Assembly (NCBI GenBank): GCA_964035545.1
Contig: CAXIUT010000255.1
Coordinates: 28,587 to 92,586, forward strand
Origin: Bugula neritina
Lineage: Eukaryota; Animalia; Bryozoa
DNA length: 64,000 nt
Direction: 5' to 3'
The position numbers and the translations under genes are program-made. How positions within the stretch are numbered: position 1 is the first letter of the stretch; the number at the start of each line of letters is the position of its first letter. The notes under the pieces are model-generated. The model searched no databases and was not told the origin of the DNA. It worked only from the letters and a program-made list of their open reading frames with translations. Positions 12,595 through 26,846 of the stretch are shown piece by piece.

Positions 12595-14292
12595 TCAATA
12601 TTTCCAGAGAGTGATGACTGTATCACTGCCTCCCATGCCAATCTACACGTCTGATAAAAAGGTCATAGTATTGATAGTATGCGAGTAGACATTGTTGTTT
12701 TATAGTCTTAGTAGAGGCTGTTGGAAGTTTCTGATATCGATGACCTTTATTATATTTTTATCGTTGAATATTATTGTATTTTAGTCGTATTTCAATATAC
12801 TTTGAATGCTGTATTCTATGGGATATTTTATCATTGCATTTTTTGTTTTACGGTAATCCCAAATTCTTAGCTATTTTAGTTATCCTCCTGATGCAAAAAA
12901 TTACGGTCTTATTTATGCTAAAGCATGTACTTATTTCTATTGGGTAAATACCTAGTCAAAACTACCTCGTATTACATCCCATATTCTTATGCTGCTATCA
13001 GCACCGCCTGATATAACATTTGGTCCAAATTTGCATAGACAATGCACTTTGCCTGAGGATCCTTTGAGTGTGAGTCTTTAGGAAGCAAAGTTTTTTTACT
13101 GAGGGTCGTGGTTTAGTCCCCAGAGACGAATCGACCAATCATAGGAACAGGTTAAAAAATGATACTAGTCTACTTGTAAAATATCTTTGACTGCTGACTC
13201 GTGGGCATCCATTTCCTTGACTACTTATTTTTAGACATTGATCAACCCGAGTTGTCCATTGGATTTACCAAAGATGAGTATTTATGGGTCTTCTTGTCCT
13301 TGTTCCTGGAAGGTGGACAGGGCGTAGGAGGGGAAGTCTAAAGGATATGATTTTTACGGGTTCATGGACACTCTGGTCCAAATGTTAATGCTTCTCCCGC
13401 CGGAAGTGGCAAAAATATGATTGTTATATCTGATTAGTTTTTATATGTTTTGAAAAGGCTAGTAGATAATTTTAGGATACAGCATTAGTGCTTTCATGTC
13501 TGATCCTATGACTGAGAGTATGCTTTGTTGATCGTCTCTGCTTTACTTGGTTCCTGGCTGTTTGAAGGATGTGATTTTCGGTTGGTTATCGTACCTTTAT
13601 ATGAGTTATTTGAAGGTATCGTGGGGACAGAACTAGTATTTGGGGAAGTCGTATCGTCTTTTGTAGAACCAGCCGAGTATGATTTAATTTTATTTTTTGT
13701 GGTGATTGATTTATTTTTTAAGTTTGTCTAAATTTCTATTGAACCTAAAAAGCAACTCTTCAGAGTAGAGGAAGTTGACTGACTGATCGACGTGGGGATG
13801 TTAGGTCCATAGTCCATTTTTGAAGTGTTAAATGAGTTGTACATATTATTTTTATGAATCTAGGTGTTTTTGAGCTTACTGATTGTATTTTTACCAGTAT
13901 TTTAGAATCTCATTTTCCAGTTAGTCCAGACAAGACGATATGGTGTGATTTACTTTTTCTATGTATAATTAGAAGTTTATTTTTTATTACTAGATTTTGT
14001 TTTTGAGGTATACTCTTTACTAGTTGAATTGGGTGGTTATTTTTTATTTGTAGAGGGATAGTTTGAGACTTTTTACGTTAGTTTTGGTGTAATCTTTTAG
14101 GTGGATTAGTTTATTAGTGACTTATTGTTTTACTTTCGACACTATCTTCTATTTGCATTTGTTGTCTAAATAAAACTTATGGTCGTGCTTGCTTATACAT
14201 AACTAACAGCCTATCCGTTTGTTGCAGTATTCGCCCAAACAAACTATCTATTACAAAAGATTGTGGACTGGACACTTAAGAATGTCGTTCAT
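12595..14292 (-). CDS. B-box-like zinc finger plus C-terminal WD40-repeat protein
   Basis: N-terminus MNDILKCPVH...VCLGEYCNKRIGCELCISKHDH. WD repeats: DAHESAVKD, FLTCSMDWSIRLW, VISGGADSSIRIWD, GMGGSDTVITLWKY. Confidence 0.75.
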
Positions 14293-14365
14293 ATAGCTAT
14301 ATTAATTATATCAATATATCATATCATGTGATATCAACATTATATATGATAGTAAATGATGATAA

Positions 14366-14434
14366 GGGGTTGGGGTTGGGGTTGGGGTTGGGGTTGGGGT
14401 TGGGGTTGGGGTTGGGGTTGGGGTTGGGGTTGGG
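14366..14434 (+). repeat. Internal telomeric tract (GGGGTT)11GGG
   Basis: 69 bp perfect repeat between two minus-strand genes. Confidence 0.95.
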
Positions 14435-14512
14435 ATAATATCAGCTATAATATAAGATACAATATCAGTTATAGTATCAGCTATAATATCAGCTATAACT
14501 ATAAATAACAGT

Positions 14513-16624
14513 TCATTCTTAATAGAAAAGTTAGAATTTGAGTGCGGCCAGTGAATCTGGAGGAAGTCTATGTTGCTATCGAGCAGGATAGTGATTATTG
14601 GGCGGAAGCAGTGGATCAACACAAAACCGGATGGTTTGTTCTATTAGTCCGGGAATGACTCTATCAAGTACGTGTGAGTTATTTTCGAAGCAAGGGTTGT
14701 TATTGATTTAAAGGAGCCAGACTCCGAAATCTTAATCTAGTATAAAATCCAAGCCAAAGAGTTCGAAATTGCAAGCTTTTCTCTCTGGGTCTATTTGTCC
14801 TTTGACTGATTTCAAGACAGACAAAGCGATTTCTTTCATTTTGGGCACTATTCTTTCATAGATAGAATACTCACCATGTTATAAATTTAAATATTTTTGA
14901 AGGTCCCCGTATGATAGCTTATTCCCTGGCTAGTATTTGCTATACTCTTATGATTCGATTTGAATGCGTCGTTGGTCAGGTGGATGTATTTGTTGCTTAG
15001 CCAGGCGTGCTGTTGCTCGTTGAATTGGTTTTTGAATTTCTTTGCTAAAGGGTTTCTGCAAGTTATCTTTGTTACAAAGTTGTATTTCAGGCTGCTCGTG
15101 CGAATATAGCCCTACCTGTACCAAAAAGCTTTGAGGGAGCCGTTGATGCAGGTCAGAAGCATGTAGTGTCTGATATCGAATTTTCTATTGTGATAGAGTA
15201 GAGGATTTTATAGATATGATTGTACTATAAAAGTCCATTTCTAGTGGTTATCTTACCATCTTTATTTTAGCCTTTTGAGAACTTTGCCTCCAGGTAGTAT
15301 CTCTATCCCTTCTGCTCTACAACTTCTCTCTCCTGGCTTTATGATCCATAGCTTTTTTGGATCGACTTCTACGACGTGTTTGAAGAAATCTACTTGATTG
15401 CCTTATAGATTTTAGAAATGGAAACTTCTGGGAATGATGTTGAAGGGATTTTCGTCAATTACGTCTTAATAATAGGTTTGTATATTTTTAAGTAGATGTT
15501 TTTTGGTTGTGAAGGATTGAGTTCCTTGGATGTGGTTGGTTATTAACTAGAAGTGAAAAGGTTTTGCAAATATGGTATGATCTTAGGGTGTGAGTAATTG
15601 TTACACTGTTGATGACTGTTATTCTGTCATTATTTTGCAATTTAGTTTGTGTCGATTGGATGTGAGTTCTTTTCTGAATTAAAATATTTTTGAACAGACC
15701 AAAGATTACCTGTCCATCTTTATCTACTATTTTTTGTTATTTTTATTTTTATCTTTTGATATTGATTTTTGTAGTTAGAAGAGATGTTGATTTTCGAGCT
15801 GGGTCCAATAGAGTTGACAACTTTATTTATCAGAAACAACTTATAGCCAGAATCGTCTTCTTAATAATTATTTTATCAATTAGTGATTATTACCTCTACC
15901 AACATATACTCTATACTTTTTGATTGGTGTTTAAACTGGCAATAAGCTCAAATCGATATATAGTCCATTAGAATAATTTACCTTATAAAGGTAATCTAAA
16001 AATATCTTCAATTTTATCTTATAATCTCCCTAGTAATCGACAGGATTAAAACTCATCACACGATGATGCTATCTCTTGCGGGCAGACACTATTGATCTGT
16101 TTGAATTATTTACATTTGTTCTTGTTGTTTTGGCGCTGTGAATTCTTTTTGGAGTTAGCCTGTTGTCCAGGTCGTAGGCTGTAGAGGGTCGTTTTGATGG
16201 TTGTTAGGCTCTTTTTCCGACTAGACCTTAACATGTTAGATAGTTAAAAATCTTTTATTTTGGGTGGACTTTATCTGCCTGAATATACTACTGTTGCTCT
16301 TCTTTTATCTCTTACATTGTGAGCGCTTTGTGATCTTTTGAAAGTTTTTTCTTTTATGTTTTTTATTTTTATTTTTATTTTTGATTTATCTTTTTATATT
16401 TTACATGGCGACCCAATAAGACTGATTTTTCCATTATTTTAAGTAGATAGCCATTCCTAGACAAGTTATTATTTTGATGGAGTATGCAGATGATGATATC
16501 GAATAGCTGATGGTTCTATATGAGCTTATTGTAAATATTTAGAATATTGTGAAGTAGTTTTGATGGCTTTACCTTTATCTTTTATTACTAGTTATAATCT
16601 ACAAGCTGGTTGTTTGATTTTCAT
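14513..16624 (-). CDS. Tubulin-tyrosine ligase-like (TTLL; glycylase/glutamylase family) protein
   Basis: YVGRGNNHELIK, WIIKPGE, IVQSYLENPLLYHNRKFDIRHY, GYIRTSS, IHLTNDA, FELFGLDFILD, WLLEINNNP. Start position uncertain. Confidence 0.85.
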
Positions 16625-16708
16625 CTTGATCTTTATCTATCTATTTTATATGTTAAAATTATCAAATTATTTATATTCTATGTTATTCATATTGATGATT
16701 ATCTATGC

Positions 16709-18660
16709 TCATATCACTTTTGCACTTAGTATTTTTACGTTTATAAGTGGTTTTTAGGATTTATCGGTCTTTAGTTTGTTTATTTCGCAAGCTGTCTCGA
16801 TCCCTTTGATTACTCGGCCGAAAATTGTGTGTTTGTTGTCTAGCCATGGACAGGCAATCACTGTTATAAAGAATTGAGAGCCATTGGTGTTGTGACCTCG
16901 ATTGGCCATGGCAAGGACATATGGACGGTCAAATCGGTATCTTTATGGCCTGAGTTAGTCTTCAAAAGTGCCTCCCCAAATAGACTATCCTCCTGTTCCA
17001 TCTCCTCTCGGGCAACCACTCTGGATCATGAAGCCTTTGACTGATCGATGGAAGATCATTCCATTGTAGTATCCTTTTTTGGTCAGTTTTATGAAGTTTT
17101 AACATGTTTTTGGACAGTCTTATAGGTAAAGTAGAACATGTATGTCTCCCATAGTTGTTTGAAGGACTACTTAATTTTGTTTTTAGATGATTTTAGGTTG
17201 AGTAACAGTCAATGACTATTCTTTTGTATGTTTTTAGTTGATGATATCTCTGACTACGACAACTTCTGACTCGAGCTAGGGTGTTCTTCTGGAGAAGAGA
17301 TAGAATCTTCCTCTTCTGAAGGCTGTGGCTATTATGAGAGGATCAGAAGCTTTTCTTTATCCATGTATGTTGGCATTTCCATTGGGATTTCTCATTTGTT
17401 TACCTTGGTAGACACAAACTCGAACAAATCTTTCAGTTTATTTTTTACCAATAACTCTTTATATACATTTATTAAAAGTGAATATATTTTAATTCCATGA
17501 AATGAGCTATAAATAACTAATCTTTATGATTAATCGGGGTTGGGGTTGGGGTTGGGGTTGGGGTTGGGGTTGGGGTTGGGGTTGGGGTTGGGGTTGGGTT
17601 TTCTTTTAGTATTCATGTTCGTCTAAACTGAACATGGCGTGTTAAGGATGGGAGCTATCTTATTGAATCTTTATCGTTTATTTTATGTTTTATGATATTT
17701 CGTGTAGTAATTTACCTGTTTTTAAGCTGAATATTCTTATTATTTTATCTTTTAGAAGTACTGCTAGATAGTTTCCTGAAGGACTTATGTTTAATGACAA
17801 AGGGATGCTATTGGCTTTAAGCAATTTGAGAAAATCTGTTTATATTTTGCATTTGTAGGCTAGATGGGTTGGAAAGTCAAATGTATTTGGATTCCATACT
17901 TCAATAAAGGCTCTTTAATCTATTGATATACAAATATTCAAATTCCAATTCATTTTGATAAATCTAATGGGATGCTTATGGAAAGATACCATATTTATTA
18001 CATGAGTATCTTATTTTTTAGTATCAATTTATTCTTTTTCATCGAGTTGGTTGCCTATTATCTCCTAATCATCTTATATCTCTTCAGTAGGAGAAGATTA
18101 AGGATCAATTATCCATATTTTACCTGTCTTCTCTTAACTTATCGCTATTAAAGACCAATCTTTTGATTATTGAGATATAAATTAACAACAACTAGGAACA
18201 AAATTCAACTTTAGCGATAGTTTTAGGTCGCAGTTGAGAATATCAAATATTTTTAAGGTTTTATCCAATCCTACAGTACAAAGTAAATCATGATTTTTAG
18301 ATAAAGAAGAGCCAGTGATAAGACCGCTATGAGCTTTAAAATTTTTAGTAAATTATACAAGGTTGAATACTTTTTTCCAGAACTTGATATGTCCATCAAC
18401 GCTGAAAGTGATCAGCACATCTGTTTTAGAGGAACAAATGACGTTGTTGATAGTTTATCTGTGCATTAAACTGATTTAGTAGAGATCTGAGGAGGGAAGT
18501 CCATCCAAAAGAAGTTCTTGGTAGTCCACTTGATAGCATTAAATATACTTTTTTGGAGTTTACGAGTATCAGGTCCAATGATTTATTCTTCTTATGTTTG
18601 AAGAGGTCTTTTTTTAGACTATGGGTCATTTGGTACCTCTTTCTCTTATTATTTTTGCAT
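16709..18660 (-). CDS. PPWD1: Peptidylprolyl isomerase domain and WD-repeat protein (PPWD1/CYP71), interrupted here by a telomere tract and a 1-nt frameshift near 17475
   Basis: [27 protein letters not shown]; cyclophilin domain [67 protein letters not shown]. Confidence 0.85.
17536..17598 (+). repeat. Internal telomeric tract (GGGGTT)10GGG inside PPWD1
   Basis: 63 bp repeat with PPWD1 coding sequence on both sides. Confidence 0.95.
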
Positions 18661-18727
18661 TAAATAATTACTATCTAAATGATATGAACTAATTGTTTAA
18701 TATTTAACTTATTTATAAAACAAAATA

Positions 18728-19891
18728 TCACTTTTATTACTTGTCTTAACTATTTATCTTTTAATGAGATAGTTTTTAATTTTATTTATATTTTTTTTAT
18801 GGAATTTTGAATTTTATTTTGATGTTTTTCTTTTACTTCAATTTATTTTAATCAATAGCACTATTAACTCTCATATATTCCTATCCAATTTGTCTCTTGC
18901 TACTAGTTATTCTATAATATTCTAAATAATATCACAAATACCTTACTGCATGAGTTGATAATAATATTAGTAATTAGGTCTGCTTTAAAATTACATCTCT
19001 TGAATTGAATCCTTTATTTTTAAGAGACATAATGGTAATTTATCACCTTATTTTATCAAATTTGATATATTAGTTGATGATTTTATTTTGCCTATTTTCT
19101 AATAGGACGTTTCTTTTGATTACTGGGTCTAGTTATCTGGGACATCTTTGCGTAGGACTTGGCTTTCCCATGGTAGCTTTTTCACTAAATAGATTATCAT
19201 ATATATCCAGGACTAGAGATCATCTCTTCTGGATAGTTATAGTCCTTCGTGCATATGGTTGCTGCAAAAGATGGGAGTTCCTACCATTTTTTTATTATTT
19301 TTGAGGTTGATGTGATGATTATCTTTTTTTAGATATTGTTTGCAAAGACCAAGATCAATCATGTATATTTTAGCCCTTTTGTTATCTAGTTACTATTGTT
19401 TCATCATGAAGTTACTTGGTTTTACATCTCTGTAGACATAGCCTATTTGATGTAGTTGTTATATGCACTTTAAGGTGTTGAACATCAAGAGCAGAAGGAC
19501 ATCTTTGGGTATTTTATTTGATAATCTAGCATTGCATAGATCCTCAGTTAATAGAGAGATACTTGTAAGGTGAAGTCTAATTTTTACATTACCATAAATG
19601 AAAAATATTATTTTTAGCAATACTAGTAAACTTTTGGAAAGGCAAATCCAACAAAATTTATTTTTTATTTTAGGTTATTTGTTATATTTTATTGTGCTAG
19701 GGATTTGAAGAGAGAATATTCGAGTGAGATCATTGGTTTTACTGTGGTGATATTTTACTAAATTATTTTAAGGTTACTGTTTTGATTGCATAGATTTGAT
19801 TGCTATTTTATGTCATGAAAATTTTTCCAAATGAGCCTTAACCTATTTTTTATTTTATTTTATATGTGCCGATGTATTCTTCTTACTCCAT
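18728..19891 (-). CDS. Casein kinase 1-like Ser/Thr kinase
   Basis: IGEGSFGKIF, YAIK, YRDVKPSNFMM, MIDLGLCKQY, GTPIFCS, SRRDDLESL. 3' end approximate. Confidence 0.8.
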
Positions 19892-19992
19892 TTTATATAG
19901 TTAAAAATATATATAGAATAACATTCAAATTAAAGATGATTAATATCAATAAATAAGTGATAAAAATATATTAAATGCATTGTGATAGTTGA

Positions 19993-22900
19993 TCATTCAT
20001 TGTACTAAGTCTGGTCTGCGATTTATGCGAATTTGTTGAAGATTTGTTCGACTGAAGCCTGCTTAATAGTATACTGTTGAATTCCGAAAGATTCTTTTTC
20101 TTTCTAGAAGAACGAGAACATCTTCCCGATATTAGGCTTTCCTCTTATCTTTAGTCGAATAAAAGTCTGTAGTCTCTATAACTCTTCAACATCGCCACCT
20201 AGTAGTTTCTTCAACTCGTCTGTTACCTTTCTTAGCATTGCACAAATATGCAGATACTCAACTACGGTGTAGACTTAGATTTATTTTCTTGCCTTAAGAG
20301 TGAAGTAGATGTAATTGCCTGCTCCTTTCTCAGAAATGCCTAACCTATCTTCAGGCTAAGCTTTGTAGGTTTAAAGGAAGTTATCAAGCTGTGAGTCTTT
20401 TATGATCTGAGGCTCTATCCTTCTGGCTCTCATTATCTAAAGTAGATTCCTTTTCTAAGGGTTTTTCAGTTTTAGTTAGACTTCAAGACCTTCTCCATAC
20501 TTGTTCTTTATGTGTTGAGCAGTGCCAATACACTGGAAATTGCCTTTTACCATGATACCTAGTCTTGAAGAAAGAGCTTCAGCTTACTACATTGAGTGAG
20601 TGGTTAGAACAACTGTTGCATCTTTATTCTGAGTGGCTACTCTAGCTATAACTCTCCACATAAAGCGTCTTGCTCGAGGATCCATTCCTGTGGATGGTTC
20701 ATCAAGAAAGACTATCCGAGGATTGCCAATCATAGCCATAGCTACTGACAGTTTACGTTTGTTTCCTCCTGATAAAGTGCCTGATAGCTTGTCAGCGTAT
20801 TAAGTCAAATCGAGTTCTTCTATTTTCCTGTTGATAGCGGCTTAACTGTTCTCTTGAGATAGAGATTTCAAGTCATAGAAGAGTTCTAGTTGTTATTTGA
20901 CTGTCAGATTTTCAATTAAGGCATCGAATTGAGGACAATAGCCTAAGTCTTATCGAACTAGGTCGATGTTATCACTGATTCTCAACCCTTTGAAGTAGCT
21001 TTAGCCTGCAGTCGATGAAACTTAGCCTGCTAGCATCTTGAAAGTAGTTGTTTTGCCTGCTCCATTGATGCCAAGTAAACCAAAAACTTATCCTCTTTTG
21101 ACTCCAAAGGAAAGATTATCAACAGCTACTTTGTGCTTTTTAGGTCCATCAACCAGATATACTTTTCTGAGTTCTTTCGATAAAATTTAGTAGTCAGAAG
21201 GATTGGCAGCAATAGCTGTTTAGTTTTATCTTTTTACATCCTATTCTGCAATAACTTCTGTATCTGTAATTTATGCCTCAGAACGAGAGAGACATCTCAT
21301 GCAAGACTATGTATTTTGTAGCTTTTAGATCACAAGAAGAAGAATAAAGAATAGTACACTTTGTATCGCTAGGAATAATATAGGCGCCAATGCTATTTCA
21401 GTGTCAAATGTTTACATTGTTTTTCCGTTATTTTAATTTTGACCATATATATTAACACTTCCAGTGTTAATGATTCCTTATCCGAAAGCAAAAGAAGGGT
21501 AGATTCGGAAGATCCAAGAAAGAGCTCTTCCGACTGAGTTTGAACTTTAGATAACTCTGAGGACGAAAGTGAAGATAGGTAATAGTCCTCCAAGAGTAAA
21601 AGTGATAAAATAGTAGGCTGCTTGTGCATTTCCATAGTCTTTGTAAATAAAAGCTGCCATATATGTGAAAGAAATATAAGATAGTCCATAAAAAATAAAG
21701 AGAAGCCAAGTCGCTGCAAAGGCTGATCCTTCTGTAATAGATTATATGGCCATAGCTTTTGCTATTCCAATGCCAATAGATGCTACTATGAAATAAAGGA
21801 CAAAATCATAGATGAAGTTTGCTGTCCAGTAAGCAGAAATGCTCATTCCACTAACTATTTGTTGATGTTTCGACCTATCTTATCTTTCTTTGACTATGAA
21901 AGATATGATGGAAGCAAACTTGAAAGCCAAAGCAATTGAGAAGATGAAAGAAGCAAAGAATCCTGAGATAGCGTTATTAATCTGTAGTTGTTGGAATGTT
22001 CTTGGCATTGGATGGTTTGATACTGAGATTGTTACTGATCTGCCAAGATTTTGATTTAAAATAGTTTAAGATGCTAGACTACCTAAGAAAAATGGACTTG
22101 TAGGACTACGAGTATGGACTAGAGTATTGTACTGATAGATAGTGTTTGCCCCACTTGTAGTTGTTGCATCAGCAAAGAAGACACCTCCTTTGAGAGTCGA
22201 TTGAGCTTGTTTTTTTGGGAAAAGAAAGTTCTTATCGAAAGTAGCTGCAGTTGTATCAGTAGTGTCAGCCTGTACTGATATTTTAGATCCATATTTTCCA
22301 TTGAGATATGTTTCTATATTGGTTGCTCTACTAGAAACATCTGCTCCGATAGGTACTACTACTGGATTTTGTTAACCTAGATAAGTGTCCAAGTCCATTG
22401 TTTGTTACGGGTAATCTACAATAAATGATACTCTAAGTAAGAAAAGAGCAAGAAGAATGATGATAAAGGGTAAAACAAGTTCAAAGATAAAGCTTTTGAT
22501 GTCTCTTAAAATTACTCTTAGTCTTTTCAAGAAAGTGGCTTTGAAATGAATCCAGAATTTTAAAAGACAGCCTTCTTATCTTGGTATCCGATCAAAATCA
22601 ACTATTGTTGCTTAACTGTCGATCATCTTCTCATTTGAATATTCCTATTTTTTATTTGATATTAATTGGTTTTATTTGAGTTTCATTGGACTTCCTTGCC
22701 TTCTTGGACTTGATTACTTGCTTTTGACTTAAATGATTTAATTTTCAATGAGTTAGTTAGCCTTTTAATGTTTTTCTTTTCTATTTTGTTCTACTTAAGC
22801 TCCTACATTCAGAAAAACTTCTTCAAGTGTTGTTATACTGATGCCATATTCAAGGTATCTTAGAGTGTTTTTTTTATCATCAAGTTATGCGAACATGTTC

Positions 22901-25234
22901 GGGAAGTGAGATACATCTACGATAGGTAGTTGCATGGCTAGGTCTGTTGCTACATTGGTTAGAACCTAGCAACCAGGCACATGCTTCTTGACTGTTTAGA
23001 TAATTGGTCCTGAGTCTCTATCTGGAGAATCTTTGGTGAAGGTTATTGTGTATCCTACTCCAAACTTATTCTTGAGGAAGATGCTTGAACCGCAGCACAT
23101 CAACTTTCCATCGCCCATAATACCAATCCTATCTCCTAAGTAATCGGCTTCGTCCATGAAGTGAGTAGTTAAAATAACTATTCTATCGTTTTTGTAGCTT
23201 TTAAGTAAGTCCCAGATATAACGTCTAGCAGAAGCATCCATTCCTGAGGTTGGCTCGTCTAAGATGATTACTTTCGATCTCCCTGCAAAGGCAATAGCAA
23301 CTGATAGTCTTCTTTTCTGTCCTCCTGAAAGGTTCTTAGAATACTCTTCTCTTTTCTAGTTAAGGTTGACATCTGCTATTAGTCTCTAGACTTCATCTAT
23401 CAGTTACTGTCCTTAAAGTCCTTTGAAAGAAGAAAATAGCTCAAGGTGCTATTGAACTGTCAGGTCCTAGTAGAGAGTATCATGTTGAGGACAGACTCCT
23501 AGATTCTATCTGATTTTTTGAGTTTAGGTTTATCCTAGAACTGAGAGATACCCATCAGATGGAGATGTCATGCCTGATAGCATAGAAATAGAAGTAGTTT
23601 TTCCTGCTCCATTATGTCCAAGTAAAGCAAATATCTGACCTTGGAACATACTAACAGTCAGGTCATCAACAGCTAGTGTAGAATCTGACCCACTTCCAAA
23701 CTACTTTCTAAGTCCGACTATTTCAATAGCTCTGTTATGTTGTTCTTCTGCTACTAGGGCTTATTCAACTGGCTAGTACTTATCTGAGTAACCTGGTAGT
23801 AACTGCTTTTATCTTTTGCGTCTATTTTTTTATTATACAGAGATGCTGGTGTTGTCTGAATTGCAACAGAAGAGAGGATGACGTTTTGACCCCCATTCAT
23901 TAGGGATGACCTGATCGAGATACCATGTTAGAAATAGATAAAATATAGTATTAAGAACAAAACTTAGGAGTGCATATCCTATGACGTAGTGATTAGTGGT
24001 TGAACTAAAATCTGGAGTTATTTGGAAGCTTTAAGCATAGACCATAGTCTGGAAGGCTAAGACCATGGCTGCATGAGGAACAATACTAAGAGCTCCATTG
24101 ACTCCGATTGAAGGATTATCTGAATTGGTGGCAATAAAGGATAGAATATATTGAACGAGGAAGAAGAGCAAGGAGATGACAACACCTATTTTAGCTCTTG
24201 TAATAAAGACTTGTATGAAGAAGACTTGAACAATAAGGACAATAGCAAAGAAGATATAGAGAATTAAGGGTATCATAATGGGTACATTGCTAAGAGATCG
24301 AACGAATAGAATCGAACAGAGTAAGCCAATTACTAGATAGACCATGAGGTATCGAAAGAACCAGCTGAAGAAGTATGTACTTCCTTTCATGCCCATAATA
24401 TACATACTTTATCTGACTTTGGTCTATGTTATGTTATTTGTACCTCTTTCTAAGTGAGCATGATCGAAGTTTGTCTGAGATAGAGTAATAGAAGAGGCAG
24501 AACTACTAAAAATCCAACAAATCCTCCTAAATTCTCATAGATATTATCCAATGTGAATGTTTATTGGTAGAGTGGTGAGACATCATTTTGAAAATAGTTA
24601 GTATTTGCTGTTTATACTTGAAGAATGGCGTTGTTGACTAGAGTATTAGCTCCTATCATTCCTTTTGATAAAGCTTTCTAATAAATTTCGAGATCAATTC
24701 CTTTATCTTGAGTTAGATCTAGTGTTGGAATCGGTCCATCTGTTCTATCTTCATTTAGACTGACATTAAACCTTAGTTTGTAGTCATAGTTTCCAGATGA
24801 TGAACTCTGAACTGTTATACCGAAACACATTCTGACAGAGTTTTGATAATTTTCACTTCTGATGTAGGTTTAAAAATCAGATTAAGAACTAAAGATATTG
24901 GTAGAATATCCTAGACCAGTTACTAAGCTGTCGATTCTTGTCACTAGAGCATCCCCAGCTGGTGCTAGTCCTATTTATTGATTGGTACAATTTCTTAATG
25001 GTTGAATAGATACTTAAGAAAAGATGAGTTTGCGTCGATACTTGTGATAGCGCGTGAATATTATGCGTTTCCGATGAAGGATTGTTCGTTAGTTGTGGTT
25101 GGAGCATCAATTCCTTTGATCACAGAAACAAAGAGGATGAAGATGACTGGTACTAGTATTTCTAGGATGTTTCCCAAAATTCCTCTTTTATAGAGTAGCC
25201 AGTTTTTGTAAAACAGAGCTGAGAGCTGTCCCAT
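19993..25234 (-). CDS. Full-size ABCA-family ABC transporter
   Basis: [12 protein letters not shown] start and two TMDs. NBD1: [48 protein letters not shown]2: [36 protein letters not shown]. Confidence 0.92.
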
Positions 25235-25683
25235 TATAATTATATTCTTTTTTGTTGGGATAAGACCACTTATATCATGATGAAAATTAATATTTCTGAT
25301 CAGATTAAAAATCTATTAATAAAAATTAAGTTTGAATAATCAAGTGGAACAACTAATAAACTGTCAAAAAATTATTTTAGTTTTGATAAATAACTATTTT
25401 CAGTCATTAAGAGTCATTTTTTTAATCTTTTCTGACCAATAGCATCTATCAATATGGTGTCTTTGTTCTTTTTTACTTACTTTTTTTGCTTTAAATCTTC
25501 AATTATTCTCATTTGCAGATTGAATTCTATCGAATTATGTTTTGATCTATCTGATTTTGAGACATTTTCACTACTTTTTTTGATTCTAAATGATGTTTTT
25601 TGTTCTCTCTATCGATCTATTTTTATATCTAAAGATTAAATATCGCCTATTAAAAAAATAAACTACTTTATTCATGTTTGAAA

Positions 25684-25826
25684 TATAACTATTGATAGAT
25701 GAAACTGTTGATAAGATATAACTATTGATAAGATATAGCTATTAATAAGATGAAACTATTGATAAGATGTAACTGTTGATAATGTATAACTATTAATGAG
25801 ATGCAACTGTTGATAAGATATAGTTG
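25684..25826 (+). repeat. Degenerate ~17-bp minisatellite (AACTATTGATAAGATAT-like); also at ~30008-30150, ~38738-38820 and ~47108-47190
   Basis: About 8 imperfect copies visible in units 1 and 2, about 5 in units 3 and 4. Confidence 0.75.
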
Positions 25827-26758
25827 TCCAAAAGATATATTTGTGATCGATTCTTTACTATAAATATCACAGAAGAAGCTATCAGTCTTCTAAACAAACG
25901 CTTTGTACCTTCTAGTATTGTTTGATAAATCATATTCTTTGGCAACTACCTAAGACAGTTACTATCTTTGTCTAAAATCCTTTTTCTTTATTCTAAATTT
26001 GAGATTGATTTTTTGTTTGAATTTTAATTCTTGGAATATTAAGTTAGTTAGCTGACTAAGTAGGCGGTGTCGACTGTGATAGTTAGCTCTCTTTTGTATC
26101 TCGCTTTGAAAGTATTGAGACCCCATTGATCTCCCAACTGACTAGCCAAGACTGATAACCTTGACTGCATGTTTTTTTTTATCTTTCAAAAGCTTCGAAT
26201 CGATAAGCCAACTCTTTTCGATCTACAAGAAAGCTTTAATCTTGACTATTTGTTTTTATAAGTATCAACTCAATGTCATTGATGATCCTTTCGAAAAATA
26301 GTCTCTTAAAGACATCATCATAGACCAAGATTCTTGATTATCCATTTGTATTAGATAAAATAATTATTGATGGATGGTTCTTCTAGAGCTAGAGTTACTT
26401 CAAACTAGAAGAAAGAACTTGGGATAACTTGAATCGACATCACTCATAATATTTTATGGAACAAATGAAAAAAAAAATAATTTCGACTTTAGAAAATATT
26501 AGAAAAAAAACATTTTATTTGATCAATATTAACTAATCCATCTTGTATCAGTCTTCATCAACAATATATATAAGAAGATAGTCAATGAAAAATCGTTTAA
26601 TTTTACTTTTTCTTTTTTTCTTTTTAAAATCACTCAGTGAAAATAAACATCTTTAGAGCTAAATTTAAACTCCAATTAGGGTCTAGTTCTATATTATGTT
26701 TGAAATATTTATTCCCGATGGTAAATTCTTTTTAGAAACTTAATAAATAAGGTTTTCA

Positions 26759-26846
26759 GAACATTATAACTGATAATTAAAAGCAAGTGATTTTCTTAGA
26801 TAAATGGAAGGTTTATTTAGAATTCTTTACATTTATATTCTTCTAA
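26759..26846 (+). promoter_or_regulatory. Conserved ~88-bp upstream element of the Pro/Arg gene family (also 31084-31170, 39732-39818, 48108-48197, 51186-51271)
   Basis: GAACATTATAAC/TxxTAATTAAAA..AAGTGATTTT..ATAAATGGAAG..TTATTTAGAAT..TTACATTTATATT is kept before all five ATGs, including copies whose farther upstream DNA is unrelated. Confidence 0.6.

Noticed and set aside
14311-14622. ORFs containing (PT)n or (PN)n, also 42215-42448
   Set aside because: They are translations of telomere repeats.
25684-25826. Short periodic repeats as a CRISPR array
   Set aside because: Degenerate head-to-tail units with no unique spacers, no cas genes and a eukaryotic context.
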